Assembly: GCA_036566165.1 (NCBI GenBank)
Contig: DATCWU010000173.1
Span: forward strand, 1-44,438
Length of the DNA: 44,438 nucleotides
Origin: Rhodanobacter sp.
Lineage (GTDB): Bacteria > Pseudomonadota > Gammaproteobacteria > Xanthomonadales > Rhodanobacteraceae
Direction of reading: 5' to 3'
The position numbers and the translations under genes were made by a program. Shown here piece after piece: positions 29,557 to 40,100 of this stretch. Every line of letters begins with the position of its first letter. The first letter of the stretch is position 1. The notes beneath the pieces are model-generated. The model was not told where the DNA came from. It was given only the letters and a program-made list of their open reading frames with translations, and did no database searches.

Positions 29557-30669
29557 TTAAAACCCCATCCCGTACGGATCGTTGCTGACCAAGGTTTCGT
29601 TGTCGCTGCCACCCTCGGCCAGGCGGATTTTCAGTGCCAGGCCGTCGCGTGAATCAGACTTGCTCAGCGCTTCTTCCAGTTCCACACGGCCATCCTTGTA
29701 CAACCGGTACAGGGATTGATCGAAGGTCTGCATGCCTTCCTGCAGGCTGTGATCCATCGCTTCCTTGATCTCGTGGATTTGTCCGCGGCGGATCATGTCG
29801 CGGATCAGCGGCGTGTTCAGCAGGACCTCGGCCGCCGGTACGCGACGACCGTCCTTGCCCATGACCAAGCGCTGGCTGATCACCGCGCGCAGGTTCAGCG
29901 CGAGGTTCATCAGCACGTTCTTGTGCGCTGATTCGGGGAAGAAATTGAGGATGCGCTCCAACGTCTGGTCCGCATTGTTGGAATGCAGCGTGGCCAGGCA
30001 CAGATGTCCGGTTTCGGAGAACGAGATTGCCGCCTCCATGGTGTCGGTGTCGCGGATTTCGCCGATCATGATGACATCCGGCGCTTCACGCATGGCGTTC
30101 TTCAGCGCCTCGCTGTAGCTGTGGGTGTCCAGTCCCACCTCACGCTGGTTGACGATGGAGCGTTTGTGCCGGTGCAGGTATTCAATCGGGTCTTCAATGG
30201 TAAGGATGTGGCCCGGCGACTGCTGGTTGCGCTGGTCGATCATGGCCGCCAGGGTGGTTGACTTGCCCGAACCGGTGGCACCGACCACCAGAATCAGGCC
30301 CCGCGGCTCCATGATCAACTTGCTGAAAATACTGGGCAGCTGCAATTGCTCGATGCTCGGGATCTCGCTCTTGATGGCACGGATGACCATGCCCACTTCG
30401 CCGCGCTGCTTGAACACGTTGATACGAAAGCGGCCGGCTTCCTTCACCGCCAGCGCCATGTTCAGCTCAAGCGCCCGCTCAAACTGCGGCACCTGCCCCT
30501 CGTCCATCAGCGAGTAGGCGATCTTCTTGACCATGCCCCCCGGCAGCCCGGTGTTGCCCAGCGGATACAGCTTGCCCTCCACCTTGATGTTCACAGGGGC
30601 GCCGGTGGTCAGGAACATGTCCGACGCGCCCTTGTCTACCATGAGCTTGAGGAAGTAACCGATGTCCAC
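29557..30669 (-). CDS. pilU: PilT/PilU family type IV pilus retraction ATPase
   Basis: GATGSGKST, TIEDPIE, NQREVG, MREAPDVIMIGEIRD, ETGHL and GMQTFDQ motifs. Confidence 0.9.
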   Translation of the reverse strand: MDIGYFLKLMVDKGASDMFLTTGAPVNIKVEGKLYPLGNTGLPGGMVKKIAYSLMDEGQVPQFERALELNMALAVKEAGRFRINVFKQRGEVGMVIRAIKSEIPSIEQLQLPSIFSKLIMEPRGLILVVGATGSGKSTTLAAMIDQRNQQSPGHILTIEDPIEYLHRHKRSIVNQREVGLDTHSYSEALKNAMREAPDVIMIGEIRDTDTMEAAISFSETGHLCLATLHSNNADQTLERILNFFPESAHKNVLMNLALNLRAVISQRLVMGKDGRRVPAAEVLLNTPLIRDMIRRGQIHEIKEAMDHSLQEGMQTFDQSLYRLYKDGRVELEEALSKSDSRDGLALKIRLAEGGSDNETLVSNDPYGMGF

Positions 30670-30748
30670 TTTGACTCCCTGTTTCTATTGCACATTGCAA
30701 TGATGGATTATGCCTGCTCACAATACGCTGCAAGTCTCTATGAGGAAT

Positions 30749-31408
30749 GTGACGGTGCACATCTTTTCCCCGCTCGCCGGGTATGAACCGCTGGTCGGTC
30801 GCATGGCTTCAGGTTTGGTCATGGCCACGGCGCTGGCCATTGGTGGCTGTGCCTCGGTGCCTCCGCCAGACAATGCAATGAACCAGGCACAGAGCCAGTT
30901 GCAGGCCGCGCGCGATGCCCAAGCGGCTGATTATGCCCCGGTTGACCTCGGGTTCGCGCAGGACAAGTTCCAACAGGCGCAGGCGGCGATGGCGCAGCGG
31001 CACTACGCCGATGCAGCCAAATGGGCCGAAGAGTCGCGTGCGGACGCCGAGCTGGCGCGCGCCAAGGCGCGGCTGGCCGCGGCGCGCGCGCAAATACAAG
31101 GCAAGCTGGCGGAGAACACCCGCTTGCGGCAGCACGGTGAACAGCCGCCATCCCCCGACTCGTTGCCGCCAGCGGCGCCACTACCGACCGCGGATGGTGA
31201 CCAGAGTGTGTCGCCCGAGCAGCCGCCGGATATGCCAGCACCGGCAGCGTCCCAATTGTCCGCGCCACCTGCTGCTGATGATGGTTTCCAGAGCGTTCCC
31301 GAACCGACGCCACCTGCCGCTGGCGGCTTCCAGCCAGTACCCGCACAGGCGCCACCGACCGATAATGGACATCCGGCCTCAGCTCAATCCGACGGAGGGC
31401 AGTCATGA
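30749..31408 (+). CDS. DUF4398-like lipoprotein with a Pro-rich tail
   Basis: Lipobox-like LAIGGC and the AQAADYAPVDL helical domain. Start codon uncertain. Confidence 0.7.
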   Translation: MTVHIFSPLAGYEPLVGRMASGLVMATALAIGGCASVPPPDNAMNQAQSQLQAARDAQAADYAPVDLGFAQDKFQQAQAAMAQRHYADAAKWAEESRADAELARAKARLAAARAQIQGKLAENTRLRQHGEQPPSPDSLPPAAPLPTADGDQSVSPEQPPDMPAPAASQLSAPPAADDGFQSVPEPTPPAAGGFQPVPAQAPPTDNGHPASAQSDGGQS

Positions 31409-32064
31409 AACACGTTACCGCCGTCCTTGCCACACTCGTGCTGGGGCTCGCCGCAAGTGCCACTGTGCAAGCCAGGCAAGACACCATTGACGTGGCGCGG
31501 CTGAATTCCAGCCTTGATCAACTCGCCAATGATCCGGGCATGGGCGGCTACGCGCAGGCCGAGCAGGCGCGCGCGCGGGATGCGATCAATCGGCTGGCGC
31601 AGGCCAAGTCGCGCGACCAGCCACATGCGTTGTATCTGGCTGAACGCCGTGTCGATCTGGCCAAAGCCGCCGCGCAATTGCAGGACGCGCAAATCAAGCT
31701 GACCCAGCTGGATCGCGAGCACGACCAGATCCTGCTCGACAACAGTCGTCGCGACGTCGAAAACGCCCGTCGCGAACTGGAGCGCCAGCGCTTGCAATAT
31801 CAGTTGTCGCAGGAAGAGACGGCGCGGTTGCAGGAGCAGGGCCAGGCCTATTCCGCGGCAGCCGAGCAGGCGCGGGCGGAAGCAGATCAGGCAAAAAAAC
31901 TTGCCGCAGCGCAAAGCCGGGTGGCCAAATCCGCGCGGCGTGAAGCCGCGTTGGCCGCGCAAGCGGCCAAGGCCATGCGTTCGCAGTTGCAAGGTGATGA
32001 CGCGAACGCACCGGCGCCCGTTGCCCCGAAAAAATCCACGCCAAAGCATGGCGACGGGCACTGA
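31405..32064 (+). CDS. Exported coiled-coil protein, translationally coupled to the upstream lipoprotein
   Basis: ATGA overlap, signal peptide and Ala/Gln-rich helices. Confidence 0.75.
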   Translation: MKHVTAVLATLVLGLAASATVQARQDTIDVARLNSSLDQLANDPGMGGYAQAEQARARDAINRLAQAKSRDQPHALYLAERRVDLAKAAAQLQDAQIKLTQLDREHDQILLDNSRRDVENARRELERQRLQYQLSQEETARLQEQGQAYSAAAEQARAEADQAKKLAAAQSRVAKSARREAALAAQAAKAMRSQLQGDDANAPAPVAPKKSTPKHGDGH

Positions 32065-32433
32065 ACGAAACTGGTTTCCCGGCGCTCGTGATGCATTGCA
32101 CGGACGTGTACGTCAGTGCAGCCGGGCGCGCTGACGCGGTTTTCCGGGTTATCAGTTAAATGTATGTAAAATAATGGTTTGGCGCGCTTTTTGCCCGCCA
32201 CGAATCGACCATTTGCCGGCTTGCGACGGTCGAAAATGCGGAGTAGGGTCAAGTCACCTGCAGGCATTTCTGCCTGGCAGGCTACTGACCTGAACTATGC
32301 GCCTTGCCCCCGTTTACATGTTGGTCTGCGTCCCGGAAATCCGGCGTGGGTCGTGGGTGTGCGCGTGTGTTCATTCGTCTGCATACGCTGTTGCGGCGGC
32401 GTGCGCAGACCCACTTGCGAGGAGGTCGGAACC

Positions 32434-32661
32434 ATGTTCGAAAACCATCAGCGTGAGGATGTCGAAGCCTTGCTGAAGAGCGATGCCGAATTTCGCCGGT
32501 TGTATCAACACCACCGGGAGCTGGACAGCAAGGTGCACGATGCCGACACCGGCGTACTGCCCATCGACAGCGTGACGCTGGCCGGCATGAAAAAGGAAAA
32601 GCTGGTGGCCAAGGCTCATCTCGAACGGATGTGGGCCAATCGTTTGCATCGGGTCAACTGA
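32434..32661 (+). CDS. YdcH/DUF465 family small protein
   Basis: GGAGG RBS; FRRLYQHHRELDSKV...MKKEKL pattern. Confidence 0.8.
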   Translation: MFENHQREDVEALLKSDAEFRRLYQHHRELDSKVHDADTGVLPIDSVTLAGMKKEKLVAKAHLERMWANRLHRVN

Positions 32662-33025
32662 CTGCCGGATAGACGCTGATTGGAGGCGCCGATCGCATTG
32701 GCGCCGCGCTAAAGTTTGATCCCGGTGCTGTGGCCGGTCGAGGGTGGCGGACACTGCCCGCCTGGCCAGACTGACTCGCCGTGGCTATGCCCCGGCGAGT
32801 TTCAGTGTTGTGGGCACAGTGCCCATCATCCGTTGTTTTCCCTCACCTGCACGGCGTGGCTGCTGATGGTGCCGGTTCGCGAGCGGATTGCACCCCGCTG
32901 GCAATACGCATTTTGGGTTTCCGGATAGAGCGCGGCCGTGTGCGGCAAACGGCGCGTCAGCTATCATGACAATCTTGCCAGCGCGTCGCGTCACGTCGCG
33001 CGGACGGCCTTGCCACGGAGCCCCT

Positions 33026-34396
33026 ATGACGGTTCACCAAAGCGTTCTCGAACTTATCGGCCACACCCCCATGGTGCGCGCGCAGCGCCTCGATACCGGG
33101 CCGTGTGCATTGTTTCTGAAGTTGGAGAGCGCAAACCCTGGCGGGTCGATCAAGGATCGCATTGGCATCTCGATGATCGAGGGCGCGGAGCGGGCAGGCA
33201 AAATCAAGCCCGGCGACACGCTGGTGGAAGGCACGGCCGGCAATACAGGCATCGGCCTGGCGCTGGTAGCGCAGCAAAAAGGCTACCGCCTGATTCTGGT
33301 GGTGCCCGACAAGATGAGTCGCGAGAAAATCTTCAACCTCAAGGCGATGGGTGCCGAAGTGGTGCTGACGCGCTCGGACGTAGCCAAGGGCCATCCCGAG
33401 TATTACCAGGACATGGCCGCGCGGATTGCCCGGGAAACACCCGGCGCGTACTTCATCAACCAGTTTGGCAATCCGGACAACCCGGCCGCGCACATTGCCA
33501 CTACCGGCCCGGAAATTCTCGAGCAGATGGACGGCAAGGTTGATGCGATCGTCGTCGGCTGCGGCTCGTCCGGTACGCTGACCGGGTTGTCGCAGTTTTT
33601 TGCCGAGCAGTCGCCGGCGACGGAGATCGTCCTGGCCGACCCGGCCGGCTCGATTCTCGCGCAGTACATCAACCAGGGGACGCTGTCGACCAAGTCGGCG
33701 AGCTGGATGGTCGAAGGCATTGGTGAGGATTTTCTGCCACCGATCAGCGACTTCACTCGAGTGAAAAAGGCGTACACCATCTCCGACAAGGAGAGTTTTC
33801 TCACCGCCCGCGAGCTGTTGGCCAAGGAAGGCGTACTGGGCGGTTCGTCCACCGGCACGCTGGTGGCCGCCGCGCTGAAGTACTGCCGCGAGCAAACCAC
33901 GCCCAAACGCGTGGTGACACTGGTGTGCGACACCGGCAACAAATACCTGTCCAAGCTGTACAACGACTACTGGATGCTCGACAACGGTTTCATCGAGCAC
34001 GAGCAGCACGGCGACTTGCGCGATCTGCTGCTGCGACCGTTCGCACAGCGCGACACCGTGGTGGTGGGTCCCAATGAACTGCTGATCACCGCCTATACAC
34101 GCATGAAACTTTATGACGTGTCGCAGTTGCCGGTGGTCGACGGCGAACACCTGGTTGGCATCGTTGACGAGTCAGATGTGTTGATGCATGTGCATGTCGA
34201 CGAAACGCGTTTCAACGACAAAGTGTCGACGGCAATGATTGGCGAGTTGCACAAGCTCCAGGTGACCGAGACGATCGAGGCGTTGCTGCCAGTGTTTGAA
34301 CGCGGACACGTAGCGATCGTGATGGACGGTGAACGTTTTCTCGGCTTGATCACGCGCATTGATCTGCTGAACTATTTGCGGCGCCGGGTGAACTGA
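33026..34396 (+). CDS. Cystathionine beta-synthase (PLP domain plus CBS pair)
   Basis: NPGGSIKDRI, EGTAGNTG, CDTGNKYLSK motifs and C-terminal CBS domains. Confidence 0.92.
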   Translation: MTVHQSVLELIGHTPMVRAQRLDTGPCALFLKLESANPGGSIKDRIGISMIEGAERAGKIKPGDTLVEGTAGNTGIGLALVAQQKGYRLILVVPDKMSREKIFNLKAMGAEVVLTRSDVAKGHPEYYQDMAARIARETPGAYFINQFGNPDNPAAHIATTGPEILEQMDGKVDAIVVGCGSSGTLTGLSQFFAEQSPATEIVLADPAGSILAQYINQGTLSTKSASWMVEGIGEDFLPPISDFTRVKKAYTISDKESFLTARELLAKEGVLGGSSTGTLVAAALKYCREQTTPKRVVTLVCDTGNKYLSKLYNDYWMLDNGFIEHEQHGDLRDLLLRPFAQRDTVVVGPNELLITAYTRMKLYDVSQLPVVDGEHLVGIVDESDVLMHVHVDETRFNDKVSTAMIGELHKLQVTETIEALLPVFERGHVAIVMDGERFLGLITRIDLLNYLRRRVN

Positions 34397-34574
34397 GTGG
34401 TGGCTGCGGCCCGGTGTCTGTCGGGATTTGGTTGACCGGCTCCCGGCAACCCCCGGCGTGCCATCTGATTGCAAGTGTGGACTGGTTCGGCGAAACCTGT
34501 GGTAATGCAGTGCGTCAGCATGGCCCGGGTGCGAAGACGTGCACTCGATCGTCACCAACGTGGAGCTTGATCTC

Positions 34575-36404
34575 ATGTGTGGAATTGTTGCTGCGGTAGC
34601 CCAACGCAATGTGGCACCCTTGCTGATCGTCGGCCTCAAGGCGCTCGAGTACCGCGGTTACGACTCCGCCGGCCTTGCCGTGTTGCACGCGGGTGAACTG
34701 CGTCGCGTGCGCGCCAAGGGCAAGGTGCGCGAAATGGAAGCGTTGTACCTGGCCGATCCGTTTCCCGGCAGCACCGGTATCGCGCATACGCGTTGGGCCA
34801 CGCATGGCGTACCGAACAAGGCCAATGCGCATCCGCACGTCGCCGGCCGGGTCGCGATCGTGCACAACGGCATCATCGAAAACCACGTGGCGCTGCGCAC
34901 GGAGTTGCAGGCGCGTGGCCACGTGTTCACCTCGGAAACTGATACCGAAGTGATGGCGGTGCTGATTGACGAGCACATCAGCGCGGGGATGACCCTGCGC
35001 GAAGCGGTATTGACCACGGTACGCGGTCTCGACGGCGCGTATGCCATTGCCGTGATCAGCCGCGATGAACCCGATCGCGTGGTTGGTGCGCGCCGCGGCG
35101 CGCCGTTGCTGGTGGGCCTCGGCATTGGCGAGAACTTTCTTGGCTCGGACGCACAGGCCTTGATCCAGGTAACCAACCGGATGCTGTACCTGGATGAAGG
35201 TGACGTGGTGGAAATCACCCGTGACGCGGTGCAGGTATTTGCGCTGGACGGCACGCCGGTAGAGCGCGAGATACATGAAAGTGAACTGTCCACGGATGCG
35301 GTGGAGCGCGGCCAATACCGGCATTACATGCAGAAGGAAATCTTCGAGCAACCGCGCGCGGTGGCCGACACGCTGGAATCGCGGATCGGCCCGCATGGCG
35401 TGTTGCCCAATATTTTCGGCATCGACAGCGATGCGCTGTTGGCGCGCACGCGTGGGCTGCACATCGTCGCTTGCGGTACCAGCTACAACGCCGGGCTGGT
35501 GGCGAAATACTGGATCGAAGCGTTCGCCAAGCTGCCGGTCAGTGTGGAAGTGGCCAGCGAATACCGCTATCGCCAGGCCGTGGTTCCGGCCGACACCTTG
35601 TTCGTCGCCATCTCGCAGTCCGGCGAAACCGCCGACACGCTGGCTGCCATGCGCGAGTCGCGGCAACGCGGTTACATCGGCACGCTGGTGATCTGCAATT
35701 CACCGGAGTCTTCGCTGGTGCGCGAGGCTGACCTGCAATTGATGACGCGCGCCGGTCCGGAAATTGGTGTGGCCTCGACCAAGGCGTTCACTACCCAGCT
35801 TGCCGCACTCGCGCTGCTGGCGCTGGAACTGGCCCAGCGCAACGGTATCGATCCGCAGCGCTATACCGAGCTGTGCGCCGAGTTGCAACGCCTGCCGCGG
35901 GCGATCGCGGAGGCCCTCAAGCTGGAGCCGGCAATCATCGAGCTGGCGGGCGAGTTCATCACCCGCCAACACGCGCTGTTCCTCGGCCGTGGTGTGCATT
36001 ATCCGGTGGCGCTGGAGGGCGCACTCAAGCTCAAGGAAATTTCCTACATCCATGCCGAGGCGTACCCGGCTGGTGAGCTCAAGCACGGCCCGCTGGCGCT
36101 GGTGGACGAGAACATGCCGGTGGTGGCCGTGGCGCCCAATGGCTGGCTGCTGGACAAGCTCAAATCGAATCTGCAGGAAGTGCGCGCACGCGGTGGCCGC
36201 CTGATCGTGTTCGCCGATGGCGCGGCCAGCATGGATGAAATGGCCAACCACGGCGCGATGCTGCGGGTAGGTTCCGGCGGCGCGTTCATTGCCCCGGCGG
36301 TGTTCACCGTGCCGCTGCAATTGCTGGCTTACCACGTCGCCGTGCAGCGCGGGACCGATGTCGATCAGCCGCGCAACCTGGCCAAATCGGTCACCGTGGA
36401 ATGA
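34575..36404 (+). CDS. glmS: Glutamine--fructose-6-phosphate aminotransferase
   Basis: MCGI, LEYRGYDSAG, HTRWATHG, SQSGETAD and C-terminal PRNLAKSVTVE motifs. Confidence 0.97.
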   Translation: MCGIVAAVAQRNVAPLLIVGLKALEYRGYDSAGLAVLHAGELRRVRAKGKVREMEALYLADPFPGSTGIAHTRWATHGVPNKANAHPHVAGRVAIVHNGIIENHVALRTELQARGHVFTSETDTEVMAVLIDEHISAGMTLREAVLTTVRGLDGAYAIAVISRDEPDRVVGARRGAPLLVGLGIGENFLGSDAQALIQVTNRMLYLDEGDVVEITRDAVQVFALDGTPVEREIHESELSTDAVERGQYRHYMQKEIFEQPRAVADTLESRIGPHGVLPNIFGIDSDALLARTRGLHIVACGTSYNAGLVAKYWIEAFAKLPVSVEVASEYRYRQAVVPADTLFVAISQSGETADTLAAMRESRQRGYIGTLVICNSPESSLVREADLQLMTRAGPEIGVASTKAFTTQLAALALLALELAQRNGIDPQRYTELCAELQRLPRAIAEALKLEPAIIELAGEFITRQHALFLGRGVHYPVALEGALKLKEISYIHAEAYPAGELKHGPLALVDENMPVVAVAPNGWLLDKLKSNLQEVRARGGRLIVFADGAASMDEMANHGAMLRVGSGGAFIAPAVFTVPLQLLAYHVAVQRGTDVDQPRNLAKSVTVE

Positions 36405-36425
36405 TGGCGCAGCGCCGTTTTTTCA
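36369..36425 (+). other. attTn7-like target (3' end of glmS plus short terminator-like hairpin)
   Basis: CCGCGCAACCTGGCCAAATCGGTCACCGTGGAATGA is the conserved TnsD-recognised glmS end. It is followed by ATGGCG-CAG-CGCCGT-TTTTT and then the TGT terminus. Confidence 0.8.
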
Positions 36426-36552
36426 TGTGGTAAGACCTGCTCGAAGTGCCAACCCGGCACGGTCTGGCAAGACCTAGTAGAAGTGCCAACTCAAGATATC
36501 GTAGCCAACTCGGGGCTGATTTCGGCTCATCAGCCCTAATAGAGTTTCCAAG
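36426..36552 (+). repeat. glmS-proximal transposon end with TnsB-type repeats
   Basis: 20-mers GACCTGCTCGAAGTGCCAAC (36434), GACCTAGTAGAAGTGCCAAC (36471) and GCCCTAATAGAGTTTCCAAG (36533), plus a weak copy ending at 36509. Confidence 0.8.
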
Positions 36553-37169
36553 AGATCCATCGTTCCGCAACAGAGGTTGATGGTTGGGATCGCGGCTGAG
36601 TGCCGGAGCCGACACACGATTCGCTCTGACCAGCTGGAGTTGCGGATCGTGTGTGCGCGGTACGCGATATTCGCTCATGTCAGTGTGCCTCGCGATGGCA
36701 AGAACGAACTTGATCCGTGAAATCGATCGAGTTGTACCCCGATAGCGCATCAGATACTTCCGAGTGAGCTCATCCCCCAGATGCCTGACGCAGACCTCCG
36801 GTACGGCGTCCTACTGGGAAAACGGATTCAGAGTGGATAGATTGCCCCGGGGTCGACTTTGCACCGTCCGTAGCGTGCCAAGGCGCAAGCGTGCACGTAA
36901 TTATGGGTTGGTACTGCTCCGTTTCGCCTCGCCGAGGTGCTCCCGCGACTGGGCACGCCATGATGCTGCGCAAATCTTGGCCAGCCGAGAGTGCGAGCCG
37001 TGGACAATTTTCTTGGTTGAGTGAGGTAGCTAATCGGAACCGGGATGGTTTATTTACGGTTTGGTTGTCGCCGCCTGACATCAGGCCGTTTAATGTCACC
37101 ACCAGTGGCTTGGCTACTCTGTGGCACGATATAGCCAATTTGCGTGAATTCAGGTCATTAGGGGCAAGG

Positions 37170-40100
37170 ATGATGCAAGGACAGGAAGATGAGCTCGAGC
37201 CTCGGGTGGAGCCGATCCGTATTGAGGCGACGCTTGCCACCAAATTGAACCTCGCGGCTTTTCAGAACGCGGTCCCGGTGATCACTGGCCTCGCGGTCGT
37301 CAATGATGCCGACACCTCCCTGAGCAATCTCGAACTTGGCGTAAGGTCCGAGCCCACCTTCTTCCAGCCAAAAACCTGGCGGATCGATGAACTGGGGCCA
37401 CGTGCTCGTTACCAGGTTCCGCTTCCCGACATCACGCTGGATGGCAGTCTGCTCAGTCGCTTGACCGAGGCTGAGACGGCGACGGTTTCATTCGTGCTGC
37501 GAGGAACGGGTACCGAAGCTGACGCCATTGCCAGGTGCGATGTGAAGCTGGAGCTATTGCCGCGGAACCAGTGGGGCGGCCTGTCGAACTTGCCGGATCT
37601 TGTGGCGGCCTTTGTCCAACCCAACGAACCGGCCGTAGAGCGCCTGCTCAAACAGGCGTCCGAAGTACTGCGCAAAAACGGCAAAAAATCGGCTATCGAC
37701 GGCTATGCGGGCGGCGCCCGGCACGCCTGGGAACTGATTTCGGCCATCTGGAGTGCCGTGGCCTCGATGGGGTTGGATTACGCGCTACCGCCAGCAAGTT
37801 TCGAACATTCAGGGCAGAAGATTCGTAGTCCCGAACGCATTGCCGAATCTGGGCTGGCTACCTGCATGGATTCGTCCCTGCTGTTTTGTTCTGCCCTGGA
37901 ACAGGCGGGCCTCAATCCGTTGCTTGTGTTCACACGCGGCCACGCCTATGCCGGGGCCTGGCTGAAACAGGAAGAATTCGCGACCACCGTTGTCGACGAT
38001 GTGACCGCGCTGCGCAAGCGAGTACGACTCAAGGAACTCGTATTGTTCGAAACCACGCTGGTTGCCCAGCACCCGGTGCCGCCGTTCTCGTACGCGGTCG
38101 AGCGCGCTGACCAGCAACTTGCCGAGAGCAACGACGAAAACTTCGAGCTTGCGGTGGACATTCGCCGCGCGCGCATGCAGCGCATCAAGCCGCTGGCCAG
38201 CGCTGAAACGCTGATGCAGCACGCACAAGCCGCACTCGCCGACGCACCCCCGGTCGAACTGGACATCGAAGAGGCTCCTGACCTGCCTGACGAATCCGTG
38301 ACAACAGTCGAAGTGGAGCCCGCCGCGCTCAACCCGAAGGACCGTCTCGCCCGCTGGCAGCGCAAGCTGTTGGATTTGTCTCTGCGAAATAACCTGCTCA
38401 ACTTCAAGGAGGGCAAGCGCGCGCTCCGCCTCGACGTACCTGATCCCGCAGCATTTGAAGATCTTCTCGCCACCAACGAGACGCTGAAGTTATTAGCGCA
38501 GCCTGACCTCATGAACGGCGCCGATCCGCGCAACCAGGCGCTGTACGAGGAGCGCGAACGCGAAGACGTGCGTCGCCAGCATGCGTTGGATGCACTGCGA
38601 CGCCGCGAGGTGTTCGTTAGCCTGCCTTCACAGGATCTCGAAGTCCGACTGATCGAACTGTTCCGCGCCGCCCGCACCTCGCTGCAGGAAGGCGGTGCCA
38701 ATACTTTGTATGTCGCCCTAGGCTTCTTGTCATGGACTCGCGACGATCGCGCCGACCGGCGCTACCGCGCTCCGCTCATCCTGCTTCCGGTGGCCCTACA
38801 ACGGCGCAGCGCGCGTTCTGGTTTCACGCTTGTGTTGCACGATGATGAGCCGCGCTTCAATCCGACATTGATCGAAATGCTGCGCCAGGATTTCCAGCTC
38901 GGACTGGGTGTGGCCGAAGGCGAACTGCCCCGGGACAATGCCGGACTCGATGTCGACAGGATATGGAAGAGCGTCGAACTCGCGATCAAGGACATCAAGG
39001 GTTGGGAAGTCAGCCGGGAAGTGGTGCTGTCCACGTTCTCTTTCGCGAAATACCTGATGTGGAAGGACCTAGCAGAGCGCGCGGACCAGTTGCGGGGGAA
39101 CTCGGTCGTCCGCCACCTGCTAGACACACCACGCGACCGCTTTGACTCGAGTATCCCGTTCCCGGATAGTTTTCATCTCGACAGCGAGTTCACACCTAGC
39201 CAGGTGTTCTGTCCGTTGCCAACTGATTCATCCCAATTGTCCGCCGTTATGGCTGCCGCACGTGGGAAGGACTTCGTGCTGATCGGGCCGCCGGGAACCG
39301 GCAAAAGCCAGACCATCGCCAACCTCGTTGCCCAGTCCGTCGCGGAGGGCAAACGCGTGTTGTTCGTCTCGCAGAAAATCGCTGCACTCGATGTGGTGTA
39401 CCGCCGCCTGCGCGAAGTGAAGCTTGGTGAATTTTGTCTTGAACTCCATTCGAGCAAGGCCCGAAAAGCCGACGTCCTCGCCCAATTGAGCTCGGCTTGG
39501 GAAGCACGCGGGCAAGCCGACGCCAGCGTCTGGAGGGCGCAAGCAAACCATCTGGCTGAACTGCGTAACGCATTGAATCGCTACGTCGAGTGCCTGCACC
39601 GTCGATACGACAATGGGTGGTCGATCTATGACGCCATTGGTCAACTCAGTGGCGGAGTAAACATGGCCAGACTCGATCTCTCCTGGCCATCGTTCGCGGT
39701 ACATGATTCGGCCACGATGGCACGTATGCGAGACGTGGCGGATCGGCTGGAAGTGAACGCCCAATCTGTGGGCCATGAATCGCTCAAGCTCAACGCATTG
39801 GGCGCCGTAGGCCAAACCGAATGGTCGCCAACCTGGCAGCAACACGCCATTGATGCCGCGGGGCAGGTGCTTCCTGCCGTACGCACAGTACTGCAAGCCG
39901 TGGAACGGTTTGCACAGGCAATAGGGTTGCCTTGTTTCGTCCCCGACCGCCGAGCCATGCAAGCCATGGAACAACTCGCCCAAATCCTGCCAATGGCCGC
40001 CGGTCACGACTGGCGTTTCGTGTTGCGCGCGGACGCACGCGCGATCGTGGCGCGCCTGCAGGAAGGTGTCGAGCTGGCCCGTCGCCACTACGATCTGAAC

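Noticed and set aside
34397-34574. glmS ribozyme upstream of glmS
   Set aside because: No recognisable core seen; the ribozyme is typical of Gram-positive bacteria.
36421-36425. 5-bp target-site duplication for the element
   Set aside because: The left flank TTTCA does not match the right flank GCGTG (44081-44085).
36426-36552. Repeats as a mini CRISPR array
   Set aside because: The spacing is too short and irregular, there are no cas genes, and an inverted copy 7.6 kb away with TGT/ACA termini fits transposon ends.
36891-37169. 93-aa N-terminal extension of the giant ORF and small ORFs 36391-36750, 36764-37024, 36770-37243
   Set aside because: No motifs; protein-like sequence begins at MMQGQEDE, after a purine-rich RBS-like stretch.
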